Assembly (NCBI GenBank): GCA_030739855.1
Contig: JASLYJ010000003.1
Location: 6,276 to 70,275, forward strand
DNA from: Alphaproteobacteria bacterium
GTDB taxonomy: Bacteria; Pseudomonadota; Alphaproteobacteria; UBA11136
Direction of reading: 5' to 3'
DNA length: 64,000 nt
The notes beneath the pieces are model-generated. The model did no database searches. It was given only the letters and a program-made list of their open reading frames with translations, and was not told where the DNA came from. Of this stretch, positions 17,903-28,006 are shown in pieces (the first letter of the stretch is position 1; each line of letters begins with the position of its first letter). A program made the position numbers and the translations under genes.

Positions 17903-18832
17903 TTGGAGAAGGAAAGCTACACAAATCTGACGCTCGGACCAGTCCTGTTCAATTGGGCCCCAGAGTGCTGGCGTGATTTTTACTTCCGCATGGCCGATGA
18001 GGCTCCAGTGGATACGATCTGCGTGGGCGAGGTGGTGTGTTCCAAACGAGCTCAGTTTTTCGCGCCTTATCTTACCGATGTGGTCGAGCGCCTGCTATCG
18101 GCAGGTAAGGAGGTTGTGCTCTCGACACTAGCCCTGATCATGAACGAGCGCGAGATAGCCCTGGTGCGTGAGATAGTGGAAAACACGGACTTCCTGGTGG
18201 AAGCCAATGACATTTCTGCTGCTGCTCTGCTCAAGGGACGACCTCACGCCATCGGCCCCTTCGTCAACATCTATAACGAAGACACGCTTGCCTATATGGT
18301 GCATAACGGCGCTAGGCGTGTGACACTACCAGTAGAACTCTCAGCATCCTCAATCGCCACCCTCACCAAATCAGTCCCTGCCGAGTTGGAAGTGATGGTC
18401 TTCGGACGCCTACCACTGGCCATTTCGGCGCGCTGCTACCACGCTCGCTGTCACAACCTTTCCAGGGATAACTGTCAGTTCGTTTGTGAGAAGAATCCCG
18501 ACGGGCTTGATGTGGACACTCTGAACGGCGAGCCCTTCCTGGCCATAAATGGCGTGCAGACCATGTCACACACTTATTGCAATTTGATTGGCGATCTTTC
18601 GGCTCTCTTGGATTTAGGCATCGGACGCTTCCGTCTCTCACCTCATAGCGGAGACATGGCACGCGTTGCCAAGGCCTTCCGCGCTGTGCTCGAGAGCAGG
18701 ATGGCACCTGAGGAGGCAAACACCATCATCACCGAGGAGACTGGTAGTATGCCCATTTCCAATGGCTATTTCCACGGTAGGACGGGCGCTACATTCGAAG
18801 GCATTCCTGCTGACCAGACCGAGGCCAGGTAA
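17903..18832 (+). CDS. ubiV: U32-family protein, UbiV-like
   Basis: LTLGPVLFNW N-terminus like YhbV. An early Cys (GEVVCSKR) plus C-x12-C-x3-C (ARCYHARCHNLSRDNCQFVC). TTG 17903 follows AGGAAGG. The track start 17867 overlaps the ubiU end. Confidence 0.75.
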   Translation: MEKESYTNLTLGPVLFNWAPECWRDFYFRMADEAPVDTICVGEVVCSKRAQFFAPYLTDVVERLLSAGKEVVLSTLALIMNEREIALVREIVENTDFLVEANDISAAALLKGRPHAIGPFVNIYNEDTLAYMVHNGARRVTLPVELSASSIATLTKSVPAELEVMVFGRLPLAISARCYHARCHNLSRDNCQFVCEKNPDGLDVDTLNGEPFLAINGVQTMSHTYCNLIGDLSALLDLGIGRFRLSPHSGDMARVAKAFRAVLESRMAPEEANTIITEETGSMPISNGYFHGRTGATFEGIPADQTEAR

Positions 18833-18837
18833 GATAC

Positions 18838-20682
18838 CTAGAATGGTTCTGTGGCGACCTTTAGCCAGGCCGCCGTTTTCGCATCTACAACGGACGTCAG
18901 AGCCTCGTGCACGCGGGCATGATAGGCATTAAGCCAGGAGATTTCCCCCGCTTCCAGCAGATCGGGCGCGATTAGGGCGCGGTCAATGGGGACCAAGGTT
19001 ATGGTCTCGAAAGCCAACATAGCGTGCTCGGCTCCCTTCACCTTAGGAGCGGGGCTCACAACGAGTAGGCTCTCAATGCGGATACCGTAGGCCCCAGTTT
19101 TGTAGTAACCAGGCTCGTTAGAAAGGATCATACCGGCGGACAGCGCCACCCCGCCGCCCAGTTTACTGATACGCTGCGGCCCTTCATGAACGCATAAATA
19201 GCTGCCCACGCCGTGGCCAGTGCCGTGATCAAAGTCGATCCCCTCCCGCCACAGTGGCGCGCGCGCCAACGTGTCAAGCTGTTCTCCCCGGGTGCCTTGG
19301 GGAAACCGTGTCGTAGCGATGGCAATATGCCCCTTGAGTACACGGGTAAAACGGTCGCGCTGTTGCGGCGTGGGTGTCTCACCGCTTGTCCCGGAGATAA
19401 AGACGGTTCGGGTAACGTCAGTGGTGCCATCCAGATACTGGCCCCCGGAATCGAATAGGTAGATGTCGCCAGGTACCAGTTCACGGTTGGTCTCCTCGCT
19501 GGCCCGGTAATGAACAATGGCTCCGTTAGGCCCAGATCCGGAAATGGTGGGGAAGCTCAAATTCATAAAATAATCATTACCCCGGCGCATGGATTCTAGT
19601 TTATCGGCAGCAGTAATTTCGGTAATCCCGCCCTCCGGTGCGGTGCGCGCCAGCCAAGCCAAAAACGTCACCAGCGACGCGCCGTCGCGCAGATGGGCCG
19701 CCCGCATACCGTCAAGCTCAACTTCGTTCTTACAGGCCTTGGGAAGCTGGCAAGGATCGGCACCGCGTTTGATCTCCCCCTTAGCGGCGGCGATGCGGTC
19801 GAAGAACCAGACGGCGCTACGCGCCGGGTCGAGGAGGATTTTTCCGCCCGCTGCCGACAGTCGGTCCAGCGCCGGCTCCAATCCGCCAAAGGCGTGCCGC
19901 CGGACGTCCACCCCTAGATGCTTGTCCAGTGTCTTGCTCCCCTTGGCTGGGTCTAAGAACAGGTCCACTGGTCCAGCCGGAGTGCTGGCGTGAAGGATGG
20001 CAAAACACAGGGGCAACGGCGTATGGTCAACGTCACCACCACGGATATTCAGAAGCCAGGCGATGGAATCGGGAGCCGTCAACACCGCTGCGGCGATGCC
20101 CTGTTTCTTCAGATCCGCCACTAGGTCGCATCGCTTCTCCATCGAGTTTTTTCCGGTGAAAGTAAGATCATGGGGTACCATCGGAGCAGCGGGTGGCAAC
20201 GGCTGATCCACCCATACGGCGTCCAGGGGGTTGTCCTTGCAGGGCACAAGTAAAGCATTCACCCACGCACAGGCCTTCTTGAATTTGCCCAGCTCGTCGG
20301 GACTATGGAGCCAGGGATCGTAGCCCACACGCGCACCCCTATTGATGCGTTTTGCCAGCCAATCCGGCGGCGGGTCGTCCGTCAAATGCAGGGGCGTGAA
20401 AAGTGAGGTGTCCGTCTCCGCCGCCAGTTGAAGGGTATAACGGCCGTCGGTGAAAACGGCGGCGTGGTTTTCCAGAACCAGTGCCAGGCCCGTCGAGCCG
20501 GTAAAGCCGGTGAGCCAGGCCAGTCTTTCTGCGTGGAGGGGCAAGTGCTCGTTCTGATATTCGTCGGTATGAGGGACGATGAATCCATCCAGACCGCGCC
20601 GGGCAAGTTCGGCCCGTAGCAGCGCCAGCGGCACATCCTTTGCGGAAGACTTTCTACAAGCTTTTTTCTTTTTCCTACTCAT
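18838..20682 (-). CDS. pepP: Xaa-Pro aminopeptidase (M24B, aminopeptidase P family)
   Basis: 614 aa. C-terminal pita-bread domain with YLFDSGGQY, DVTRT and HGTGHGVGSYLCVHEGP. Confidence 0.85.
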   Translation of the reverse strand: MSRKKKKACRKSSAKDVPLALLRAELARRGLDGFIVPHTDEYQNEHLPLHAERLAWLTGFTGSTGLALVLENHAAVFTDGRYTLQLAAETDTSLFTPLHLTDDPPPDWLAKRINRGARVGYDPWLHSPDELGKFKKACAWVNALLVPCKDNPLDAVWVDQPLPPAAPMVPHDLTFTGKNSMEKRCDLVADLKKQGIAAAVLTAPDSIAWLLNIRGGDVDHTPLPLCFAILHASTPAGPVDLFLDPAKGSKTLDKHLGVDVRRHAFGGLEPALDRLSAAGGKILLDPARSAVWFFDRIAAAKGEIKRGADPCQLPKACKNEVELDGMRAAHLRDGASLVTFLAWLARTAPEGGITEITAADKLESMRRGNDYFMNLSFPTISGSGPNGAIVHYRASEETNRELVPGDIYLFDSGGQYLDGTTDVTRTVFISGTSGETPTPQQRDRFTRVLKGHIAIATTRFPQGTRGEQLDTLARAPLWREGIDFDHGTGHGVGSYLCVHEGPQRISKLGGGVALSAGMILSNEPGYYKTGAYGIRIESLLVVSPAPKVKGAEHAMLAFETITLVPIDRALIAPDLLEAGEISWLNAYHARVHEALTSVVDAKTAAWLKVATEPF

Positions 20683-20846
20683 AAGGCGGTCCTCATACAG
20701 CCTTTCATATGGCGGGGAAGCATCAGCGTCACCCAGTGCCCGAGAATAACACGATGCGCAGTGAAAGGCTGCTGGAGACGATATGCAGCCAGAACTCGCG
20801 CCACAAAGATAGGGAAGAGGAAAAAGGGGAAGACTTCACGTTCGTG

Positions 20847-23111
20847 TCACGCTTTCTCCACGAAGCTTTCCAGCACCTTTTTCACACCTGTCTCGAAGGC
20901 AATTTCAAGTTTGTCGCCGTCCACCGAGCACACCCGGCCGTAGCCGAATTTGATGTGAAAGACTTCGTCACCGGTCACGATGTCTTGTGGCTCGCGGGCT
21001 TTTGACCACGCCTGCTTCAAGGGTCTGGCGCGGCCCTTGATGACGCGGGGCTGAGTACCGTCACTCATGGCCGGAGCGTAATCAAAGCCGGGAGCATCCT
21101 CGGCAAGTCTGCCACTTTCGCGCGCCGAGCCGTAGATTCCGCGTGTACTTTCGCGCTCTATATGCTCCTCGGGGATCTCATCTAAAAAGTGCGAAGGTAG
21201 GCAGCTTTCCCATGAGCCGTAGAGATGACGGTTAGCGGCGAAGGAGATCACCACATTGTGCCGCGCTCGGGTTAGCCCCACGTAGGCCAGCCTCCGTTCC
21301 TCCTCCAACCCACGTGTACCCTCCTCATTCATGGCCCGCTGATGTGGAAAGACTCCTTCCTCCCAGCCTGGAAGGAAGACGGTATCAAATTCCAGTCCTT
21401 TGGCGCCATGCAGGGTCATAAGATTGACCATATCTCCTTGAGCATTTTCGGTAGACTCCATCACTAAGCTCACATGTTCTAGAAAACCAGGTAGGGTTTC
21501 AAATTCTTCAATGGCCGTGACTAGTTCCTTGAGATTCTCTAGCCGCCCCGGCGCGTCGGGGGACTTGTCCTTCTGCCACATAACGGTAAGACCAGATTCG
21601 TCGAGTATCAGTTCAGCCAGTTCAAAATGAGGAATTCCACAGGCCTGGTCACGCCATATGGAAAATTGATCAAGAAGCCTCGCCAAAGGGGCGCGGACAC
21701 GGGGTTTCAATTCGTCGGTCTCCACCAGACGCGCAGCCGCCACTGTAAGCGGAATCTTCTCGGTGCTGGCGAGATGGTGGAGTGTCTGCATGGTGGCGTC
21801 GCCGATACCGCGCCGTGGCAGGTTGACGATGCGCTCGAAGGCAAGGTCGTCATCTGGTTTGAAGGTGACTCGGAAATAAGCGATGGCGTCGCGAATTTCG
21901 CGGCGCTCGTAAAAGCGGGGCCCGCCGATGACCCGATAGGGTAAACCCAAGGTAATAAATCGCTCTTCAAATTCACGAAGCTGGAACCCGGCACGCACGA
22001 GGATGGCGATTTCGCTTAGCGCGTGGCCCTTGCGCTGCAGAACCTCGATTTCCTCGCCCGTCACGCGAGCCTCCTCCTCACCGTCCCAGACCCCGCGCAA
22101 CACCACCTTGCCACCCGCCTCTTTGTCCGTCCACAGGGTCTTACCCAGCCGCCCCTGGTTGTGGGCGATAAGTCCCGAGGCGGCGCCTAGGATATGCGGA
22201 CTAGAACGGTAATTCTGTTCCAGCCGCATTACCCTGGCACCGGGGAAATCCTTTTCGAAACGCAGGATGTTGCCAACCTCGGCCCCGCGCCAGCCATAGA
22301 TTGACTGGTCGTCGTCACCCACACAACAGATGTTGTGATGGGTCCGCGCCAAAAAGCGTAGCCACAGATACTGGGCCACGTTGGCGTCCTGGTATTCGTC
22401 TACCAAGAGATAAAGGAAGCGCTGCTGATAGTCGGCAAGCACGTCACCGTGGGTGGCGAACAAAGTCAGGCAGTGCAGAAGCAGGTCACCAAAATCCACA
22501 GCATTCAAGGTTTGCAAGCGTTGCTGATAGGCGCGGTAGATGACAAGCGATTGGCCGCCAACGTATTCTGACACATCCCCCGCGCTCACCTTTTCTGGGG
22601 CCAGCCCACGATCCTTCCAGCGCTCGATGACGGCCAGCAGGCCGCGCGGGGGCCAGCGTTTAGTGTCCAAGTTGGCAGCTTCCATCACTTGTTTCACCAG
22701 ACGCAGTTGGTCATCGGTGTCGAGAATAGTGAAGTTTGGCTTCAGTCCCGCCAGTTCGGCATGACGGCGCAGGATGCGCGCGCCTAGAGCGTGGAAGGTG
22801 CCGAGCCACGTGTGTTCGGTAGACCGACCGAGGATAGCCTTCACTCGTTCCTTCATCTCAAGCGATGCCTTGTTGGTGAAGGTGACAGCCAGGATTTGCG
22901 ACGGCCAGGCACGACCGGAAGCCAAAATGTGCGCCAGCCGCGTGGTCAACACACGGGTTTTACCGGTGCCGGCCCCAGCCAGCACCAGAACCGGACCATC
23001 CATAGCCTCTACCGCCTCGCGCTGAGCACCGTTGAGGCCAGCCAGATAGGGAAACTCCGCCTTTCCCGCGAGCGGGGTCTCCGGTTTCGTTTTGTGATGG
23101 GGATCGCTCAT
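20847..23111 (-). CDS. uvrD: ATP-dependent DNA helicase, UvrD/PcrA family
   Basis: SF1 motifs LAGAGTGKT, VDEYQDAN, LEQNYRS, MTLHGAKGLEF and YVGLTRA. Start moved to MSDPHH (23111). Confidence 0.9.
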   Translation of the reverse strand: MSDPHHKTKPETPLAGKAEFPYLAGLNGAQREAVEAMDGPVLVLAGAGTGKTRVLTTRLAHILASGRAWPSQILAVTFTNKASLEMKERVKAILGRSTEHTWLGTFHALGARILRRHAELAGLKPNFTILDTDDQLRLVKQVMEAANLDTKRWPPRGLLAVIERWKDRGLAPEKVSAGDVSEYVGGQSLVIYRAYQQRLQTLNAVDFGDLLLHCLTLFATHGDVLADYQQRFLYLLVDEYQDANVAQYLWLRFLARTHHNICCVGDDDQSIYGWRGAEVGNILRFEKDFPGARVMRLEQNYRSSPHILGAASGLIAHNQGRLGKTLWTDKEAGGKVVLRGVWDGEEEARVTGEEIEVLQRKGHALSEIAILVRAGFQLREFEERFITLGLPYRVIGGPRFYERREIRDAIAYFRVTFKPDDDLAFERIVNLPRRGIGDATMQTLHHLASTEKIPLTVAAARLVETDELKPRVRAPLARLLDQFSIWRDQACGIPHFELAELILDESGLTVMWQKDKSPDAPGRLENLKELVTAIEEFETLPGFLEHVSLVMESTENAQGDMVNLMTLHGAKGLEFDTVFLPGWEEGVFPHQRAMNEEGTRGLEEERRLAYVGLTRARHNVVISFAANRHLYGSWESCLPSHFLDEIPEEHIERESTRGIYGSARESGRLAEDAPGFDYAPAMSDGTQPRVIKGRARPLKQAWSKAREPQDIVTGDEVFHIKFGYGRVCSVDGDKLEIAFETGVKKVLESFVEKA

Positions 23112-23249
23112 GGTGGGACGTTTATAACATGGCACGACATGGTCAAGGACCCCTTGCTGGTTTCCCATGTTGATAGTTTCCCACCAGCATTAAACGCCGA
23201 GAAAGCCGACTATATCCTCGGCGCCGCCGCGCTTCCCTCCGCCACGTCT

Positions 23250-26200
23250 CTACACGGTGAAATAGCGCGCCTGAGGATGGTGCACCACAATAGCCGTGGT
23301 GGACTGTTCCGGATGCAGCTGATCGCTCTCGCTCATGGTGAGACCGATGCGTTCCGCGTCCAACAACCCGATGAGCTTTTCCTGATCAGCAAGGTTGGGA
23401 CAGGCGGGATAGCCGAAGGAATAGCGAGCCCCGTGGTAGCCTTGCTTGATGAGCTTCTCCACGTCGCGGGCGTCTTCGGCAGCAAAGCCGAGCTCAGTGC
23501 GAATGCGCTTGTGCACGTATTCGGCTAGGGCTTCCGTCATCTCCACGCCGAAACCGTGGAGATAGAGATAGTCCTGATATTTATCGGCGTGGAACCATTC
23601 CAGCGCCACCTCCGAGACCCTTGGCCCTACTGTCACCGCCTGCAGAGCGATGAGATCGCGCTTTTCCCCACCAATATCGCGGAAGAAATCTGCGATGCAC
23701 AGGCCGTTCTTACCCTTTTGCCGAGGCATAGTAAAACGGGCGCATTCACTCATTCCATCCTTTTCGAAGAGAATCACGTCGTTGCCGTCGCCAGCACATT
23801 TCCAATAGCCGTAAGCCGCCCGGGGAGCAATGATCTTCTCGTCGTGACACTGTTTGGCGATGCGAGTTAGGATTGGTTTCAACTCACCACGCGCCCATTT
23901 CCTGAATTCCTCCCGCGTGCGGCCTTGTTTCTTGTAGCCCCAGTGGAACTGGTAGAGCATGGCTTCATTAAGAAAGACTAGCAGGTTCTTGATGGGCACT
24001 AAATCGATGATCTTGGCTCCCCAGAAGGGTGGCTCTAGAATCGTCACGTCTTTCGTTAGCTCGTTGCGCTGTAGCTTCGCCGCTTCGTAATCTGTCGGAC
24101 GCAGCTTCGCAACCAGCGGAGCCTTGGACCCTTCTGTTTGCTCGGTCTTGATGGATTTCACACCACGTTTCTTCACATTTGAAGCAAGATGGGCATCAAA
24201 TTCTCTGGCAGCCACCTTGTCCATAAAGTTGAGCCCGTCGAAGGCATTACGGGCGTAGGCCACGCTGCCGCTACCATAGGCAGCGACGCAGTCTCGCTCC
24301 ACGTATTTACGATTGAGCGCTGCTCCACCTAGCACTACGGGTAGGTCAAAACCCTCACGAGTCATTTTTTCCAAGTTCTCGCGCATAACCACGGTAGATT
24401 TCACCAGAAGGCCTGACATGCCGATGACGTCGGCTTTGTGTTTTTGTGCAGCTGCCATGATGTGCTCAATGGGCTGCTTGATGCCGAGATTGATCACCTT
24501 GTAGCCGTTATTGGTGAGAATGATGTCCACCAGATTCTTGCCGATGTCGTGCACATCGCCCTTCACCGTGGCCAATACTATAACGCCTTTTTCTCGGCCT
24601 TCCACGTGCTCCATGTGAGGTTCCAGACAGGCTACTGCCGTCTTCATGGTTGCCGCCGATTGCAGCACAAAGGGCAGTTGCATTTGTCCCGAACCGAAGA
24701 GATCTCCTACCACCTTCATCCCGTCGAGAAGGACAGTGTTGATAATGTCGAGCGCGCTCATCCCGCCCAAGGCTTCCTCGAGATCAGCCTCAATGCCCTG
24801 GCGGTCACCGTCGATGATACGCAGTTTTAACCGTTCCTCCACATTGGCCGGAGGCTTCTTTTTCTCCTGCTTTTCTAGTGCGCGACCCTCGAACATGGCG
24901 AGAAAGTTCTGCAATGGATCATGGTCCTTTGCACGGCGGTCAAAAATCAGGTCCTCTGCTGCCTTCACCTCTTCTGGCTGGATCTTGTGCAACGGCATGA
25001 TACGGCTGGAATGAAGGATAGCACCGGTTACACCCCGTTTAAGGGCATGGTCCAGGAAAACAGAATTAAGCACGTGACGCGCCGCCGGGTTGATCCCGAA
25101 GGACACGTTAGAAAGTCCCAGGATGATCTGGCATTCGGGAAGTTCTTTTGCAATCTGTTCGATTGCGTTCAAAGTCATGAGCGCAAGTTTACGGTCATCC
25201 TCGTTGCCGGTGCAGATGGTGAATGTGAGAGGGTCGATCAGCAGGTCGGAAGGTGGCAAGCCGTGCCGAGTACAAGCGAAATCATGAAGACGATGGGCCA
25301 CGGTTACCTTTTTTTCCGTCGTCTTGGCCATACCTTCTTCGTCGATAGTGAGCGCGATAAGTCCGGTGCCGAAATGCCGTACCAGCTTCATCCGCTCGTT
25401 CGCTGGATCCTCGCCGTCCTCAAAGTTAATGGAATTGATGATGGGCTTGCCGCCATAAAGCCGCAGTGCCGCCTCAAGCACGTTCTGTTCGGTAGAATCA
25501 AACACTAGTGGCACAGTGACAGCACCGCGCATACGACTCACCACTTCCACCATATCCGCCTCTTCGTCACGGCCCACAAATGCAGTGCATATGTCCAAGG
25601 CATGAGCACCATCAGGCACCTGTTCGCGCCCTATCTCCACACAGGCGTCCCAGTCCCTGGCTTCCTGCAAGTCGCGGAATTTCTTGCTGCCGTTAGCATT
25701 GCAGCGCTCGCCGATATCGAGAAAGGCGTTTTCCTGGCGATAGGAAACCTGGCCGTAGAGGGAGGCCACCGACGGTACCCAATAGGATCGACGCTTGGCT
25801 GGTTTGGGCCGCGCTCTGTTGCCACCTTTGGTACTGGCAGCGCGCTCGCGCAGCATGGCGTCCAAGGCTTCGATATGGGGGATATCAGTGCCGCAACAGC
25901 CACCGATTATGTTGACCCCGTCTTCGTCTAGGAAGCGCTCGTGCCAATGGGCTAATTCTTCGGGGCTCAGGGGGTAATGAGGCTGGCCGTCCACCAGTTC
26001 CGGGAGGCCCGCATTAGGTAGGACGGAAATAAACCCCGGCCAGTTTTCCGCCAGCCACTTCACGTGTTCGGACATTTCCTGGGGGCCGGTGGCGCAGTTC
26101 AATCCGATCACGGAAATATCTAGAGCCTCCACCACCGTGGCCGCGGCGGCGATGTCGGCCCCCACTAGCAGCGTCCCCGCGGTCTCCACCGTGACTTGAG

Positions 26201-26762
26201 TGATGATAGGGATGTCCGTCTTGGCCTCCATTCGGGCACGCTTAGCGCCGTTGACCGCGGCCTTGATCTGCAGCGTGTCCTGGCAGGTTTCGATAAGAAA
26301 GGCATCCACACCGCCCGCGGCCAGACCAGCACATTGCATGGCGAAAGAATCCTCCAGCGTCTGGTAGTCGATATGGCCGAGGCTTGGCAGCTTAGTACCC
26401 GGCCCAATGGAACCCAGGACAAAGCGAGGGCAGTCATCGCTGGTGAATTCCTCCGCTGCCTCGCGCGCCAGTTCAGCCGAGCGTTTGTTGAGATCTAGGG
26501 CTTCCTCGGAAAGCCCGAATTCCCCCAGCGTCACTGGTGAGGCGCCGAAGGTGTTGGTTTCCACAGCATCTGCCCCGGCACCGAAATAGCCCATATGGAT
26601 GTCACGCACCAGGTCGGGACGGCTCTTGGTGAGGATATCGGTGCAGTTTTCCTGGCCCAAAAAATCTTTCTCCACACTCAGGTTGAGCGCTTGCACCCGG
26701 GTGCCCATAGCCCCGTCGGCAAGAAGGACGCGATCGTCCAGATAATCCATGAGTTTGGTCAT
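23250..26762 (-). CDS. metH: cobalamin-dependent methionine synthase
   Basis: 1170 aa. Contains the Hcy-binding domain (ADGAMGT, GGCCGT), the pterin-binding domain, the B12 motif GDVHDIGKN and the C-terminal AdoMet-activation domain. Confidence 0.95.
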   Translation of the reverse strand: MTKLMDYLDDRVLLADGAMGTRVQALNLSVEKDFLGQENCTDILTKSRPDLVRDIHMGYFGAGADAVETNTFGASPVTLGEFGLSEEALDLNKRSAELAREAAEEFTSDDCPRFVLGSIGPGTKLPSLGHIDYQTLEDSFAMQCAGLAAGGVDAFLIETCQDTLQIKAAVNGAKRARMEAKTDIPIITQVTVETAGTLLVGADIAAAATVVEALDISVIGLNCATGPQEMSEHVKWLAENWPGFISVLPNAGLPELVDGQPHYPLSPEELAHWHERFLDEDGVNIIGGCCGTDIPHIEALDAMLRERAASTKGGNRARPKPAKRRSYWVPSVASLYGQVSYRQENAFLDIGERCNANGSKKFRDLQEARDWDACVEIGREQVPDGAHALDICTAFVGRDEEADMVEVVSRMRGAVTVPLVFDSTEQNVLEAALRLYGGKPIINSINFEDGEDPANERMKLVRHFGTGLIALTIDEEGMAKTTEKKVTVAHRLHDFACTRHGLPPSDLLIDPLTFTICTGNEDDRKLALMTLNAIEQIAKELPECQIILGLSNVSFGINPAARHVLNSVFLDHALKRGVTGAILHSSRIMPLHKIQPEEVKAAEDLIFDRRAKDHDPLQNFLAMFEGRALEKQEKKKPPANVEERLKLRIIDGDRQGIEADLEEALGGMSALDIINTVLLDGMKVVGDLFGSGQMQLPFVLQSAATMKTAVACLEPHMEHVEGREKGVIVLATVKGDVHDIGKNLVDIILTNNGYKVINLGIKQPIEHIMAAAQKHKADVIGMSGLLVKSTVVMRENLEKMTREGFDLPVVLGGAALNRKYVERDCVAAYGSGSVAYARNAFDGLNFMDKVAAREFDAHLASNVKKRGVKSIKTEQTEGSKAPLVAKLRPTDYEAAKLQRNELTKDVTILEPPFWGAKIIDLVPIKNLLVFLNEAMLYQFHWGYKKQGRTREEFRKWARGELKPILTRIAKQCHDEKIIAPRAAYGYWKCAGDGNDVILFEKDGMSECARFTMPRQKGKNGLCIADFFRDIGGEKRDLIALQAVTVGPRVSEVALEWFHADKYQDYLYLHGFGVEMTEALAEYVHKRIRTELGFAAEDARDVEKLIKQGYHGARYSFGYPACPNLADQEKLIGLLDAERIGLTMSESDQLHPEQSTTAIVVHHPQARYFTV

Positions 26763-26771
26763 GAGCCGTTG

Positions 26772-27698
26772 CTATTCCGCAACCCCACCGCCCGTGCTCC
26801 CATGCGGCCGCAAACCGAGGATATGGCAGATGGCGTAGGACAGGTCGGCTCGGTTCAGAGTGTAGAAATGGAATTCCCTGATACCGCGGGCCTGCAGGAG
26901 CTTGCACTGCTCGGCGGTGATGGCGGCGGCTACTAGTTTGCGCGTCTCATGGTCGTCGTCGAGGCCCTCAAACATTTGAGCCATCCATAGCGGCACAGAG
27001 ATGCCGCAGACACGGCAGAATTCCGTAACCCGGGCGAAGTTAGTTACCGGTAGAATGCCGGGGACGATGGGCACCTCGACTCCCGCCGCGGCAGCACGGT
27101 CGAGAAAACGGAAGAAGACATCCACATCGAAGAAATACTGGGTGATGGCCCGGCTGGCCCCGGCGTCGATTTTGCGTTTGAGGTTGTCGAGATCGTCCTG
27201 CATGTTCTGTGATTCTGGATGGGTCTCAGGATAGGCTGCTACCGAAATTTCAAAATCGGCAACATTTTTAAGACCCGCCACCAAGTCAGAGGCGTAGGCA
27301 TAGCCGCCAGGATGGGGCATGTAAGTATCCTCTTGTCCAGGTATGTCGCCACGCAGGGCGACGATATGGCGGACACCATCCTCCCAGTAGCGGCTAGCGA
27401 TGGCGTCGACCTCGTCCCGGTTCGCCCCCACACAAGTAAGGTGGGCTGCCGGTTCAAGATTGGTTTCATGGCGGATGCGCGCCACCGTGGCGTGAGTGCG
27501 CTCGCGGGTGCTGCCGCTAGCGCCGTAGGTGACAGATACAAACTGCGGGGCAAGGGGCTTCAGTCGTTTGATGGCGGCCCACAGGGTCTGCTCCATTTTC
27601 TTCGTCTTAGGTGGAAAGAACTCGAACGAAACCTTCATGCCGTCGCACCGCGGCGGCACCACGGGCGGCGGAGACACATGGTGGGAAGCATTGCTCAT
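26772..27698 (-). CDS. metF: 5,10-methylenetetrahydrofolate reductase
   Basis: Contains SFEFFPPKT, VTYGASGSTR and LRGD. Lies 9 nt upstream of metH, so it is probably operonic. The real start may be Met21 (MKVSFEFF, 27638). Confidence 0.92.
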   Translation of the reverse strand: MSNASHHVSPPPVVPPRCDGMKVSFEFFPPKTKKMEQTLWAAIKRLKPLAPQFVSVTYGASGSTRERTHATVARIRHETNLEPAAHLTCVGANRDEVDAIASRYWEDGVRHIVALRGDIPGQEDTYMPHPGGYAYASDLVAGLKNVADFEISVAAYPETHPESQNMQDDLDNLKRKIDAGASRAITQYFFDVDVFFRFLDRAAAAGVEVPIVPGILPVTNFARVTEFCRVCGISVPLWMAQMFEGLDDDHETRKLVAAAITAEQCKLLQARGIREFHFYTLNRADLSYAICHILGLRPHGSTGGGVAE

Positions 27699-28006
27699 GA
27701 TAGTCTCTTATTGTTCAATAGGGCCGACTTTACAAGGGGAGCCGACTACGTGATGAGGCCATAACCACCCCTTATATTCAATAAACTATCCCCGGAAAAA
27801 GGTCCCTGGAGGAAACGACCTCGGGGGAAAGGTTTTCAGGCCGGCACGGGTCAAAGTTAACAACTCCTGCTAAGAATGTAGCATTAATGCAACAGTAGAC
27901 TGTTGCGTATTTGCTGCTACAATTCCAAACTGGTTTTTTTATTTGGCCTGTGTTACCAGCAATGCAGGAGTTTTTATGCTTTTTCTACGAGGGGGATAGA
28001 CGTCAC

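Noticed and set aside
27699-27880. SAM-II, SAM/SAH or SAH riboswitch in the metF-metH leader
   Set aside because: Reading the minus strand, I found none of the conserved elements I remember: no AAAGC tail or pseudoknot partner for SAM-II, and no SAH-type GAGGAGCGC core. I saw only a direct repeat AGTCGGC and small hairpins. A covariance-model scan (Rfam SAM-II, SAM-V, SAH, SAM/SAH) would settle it.
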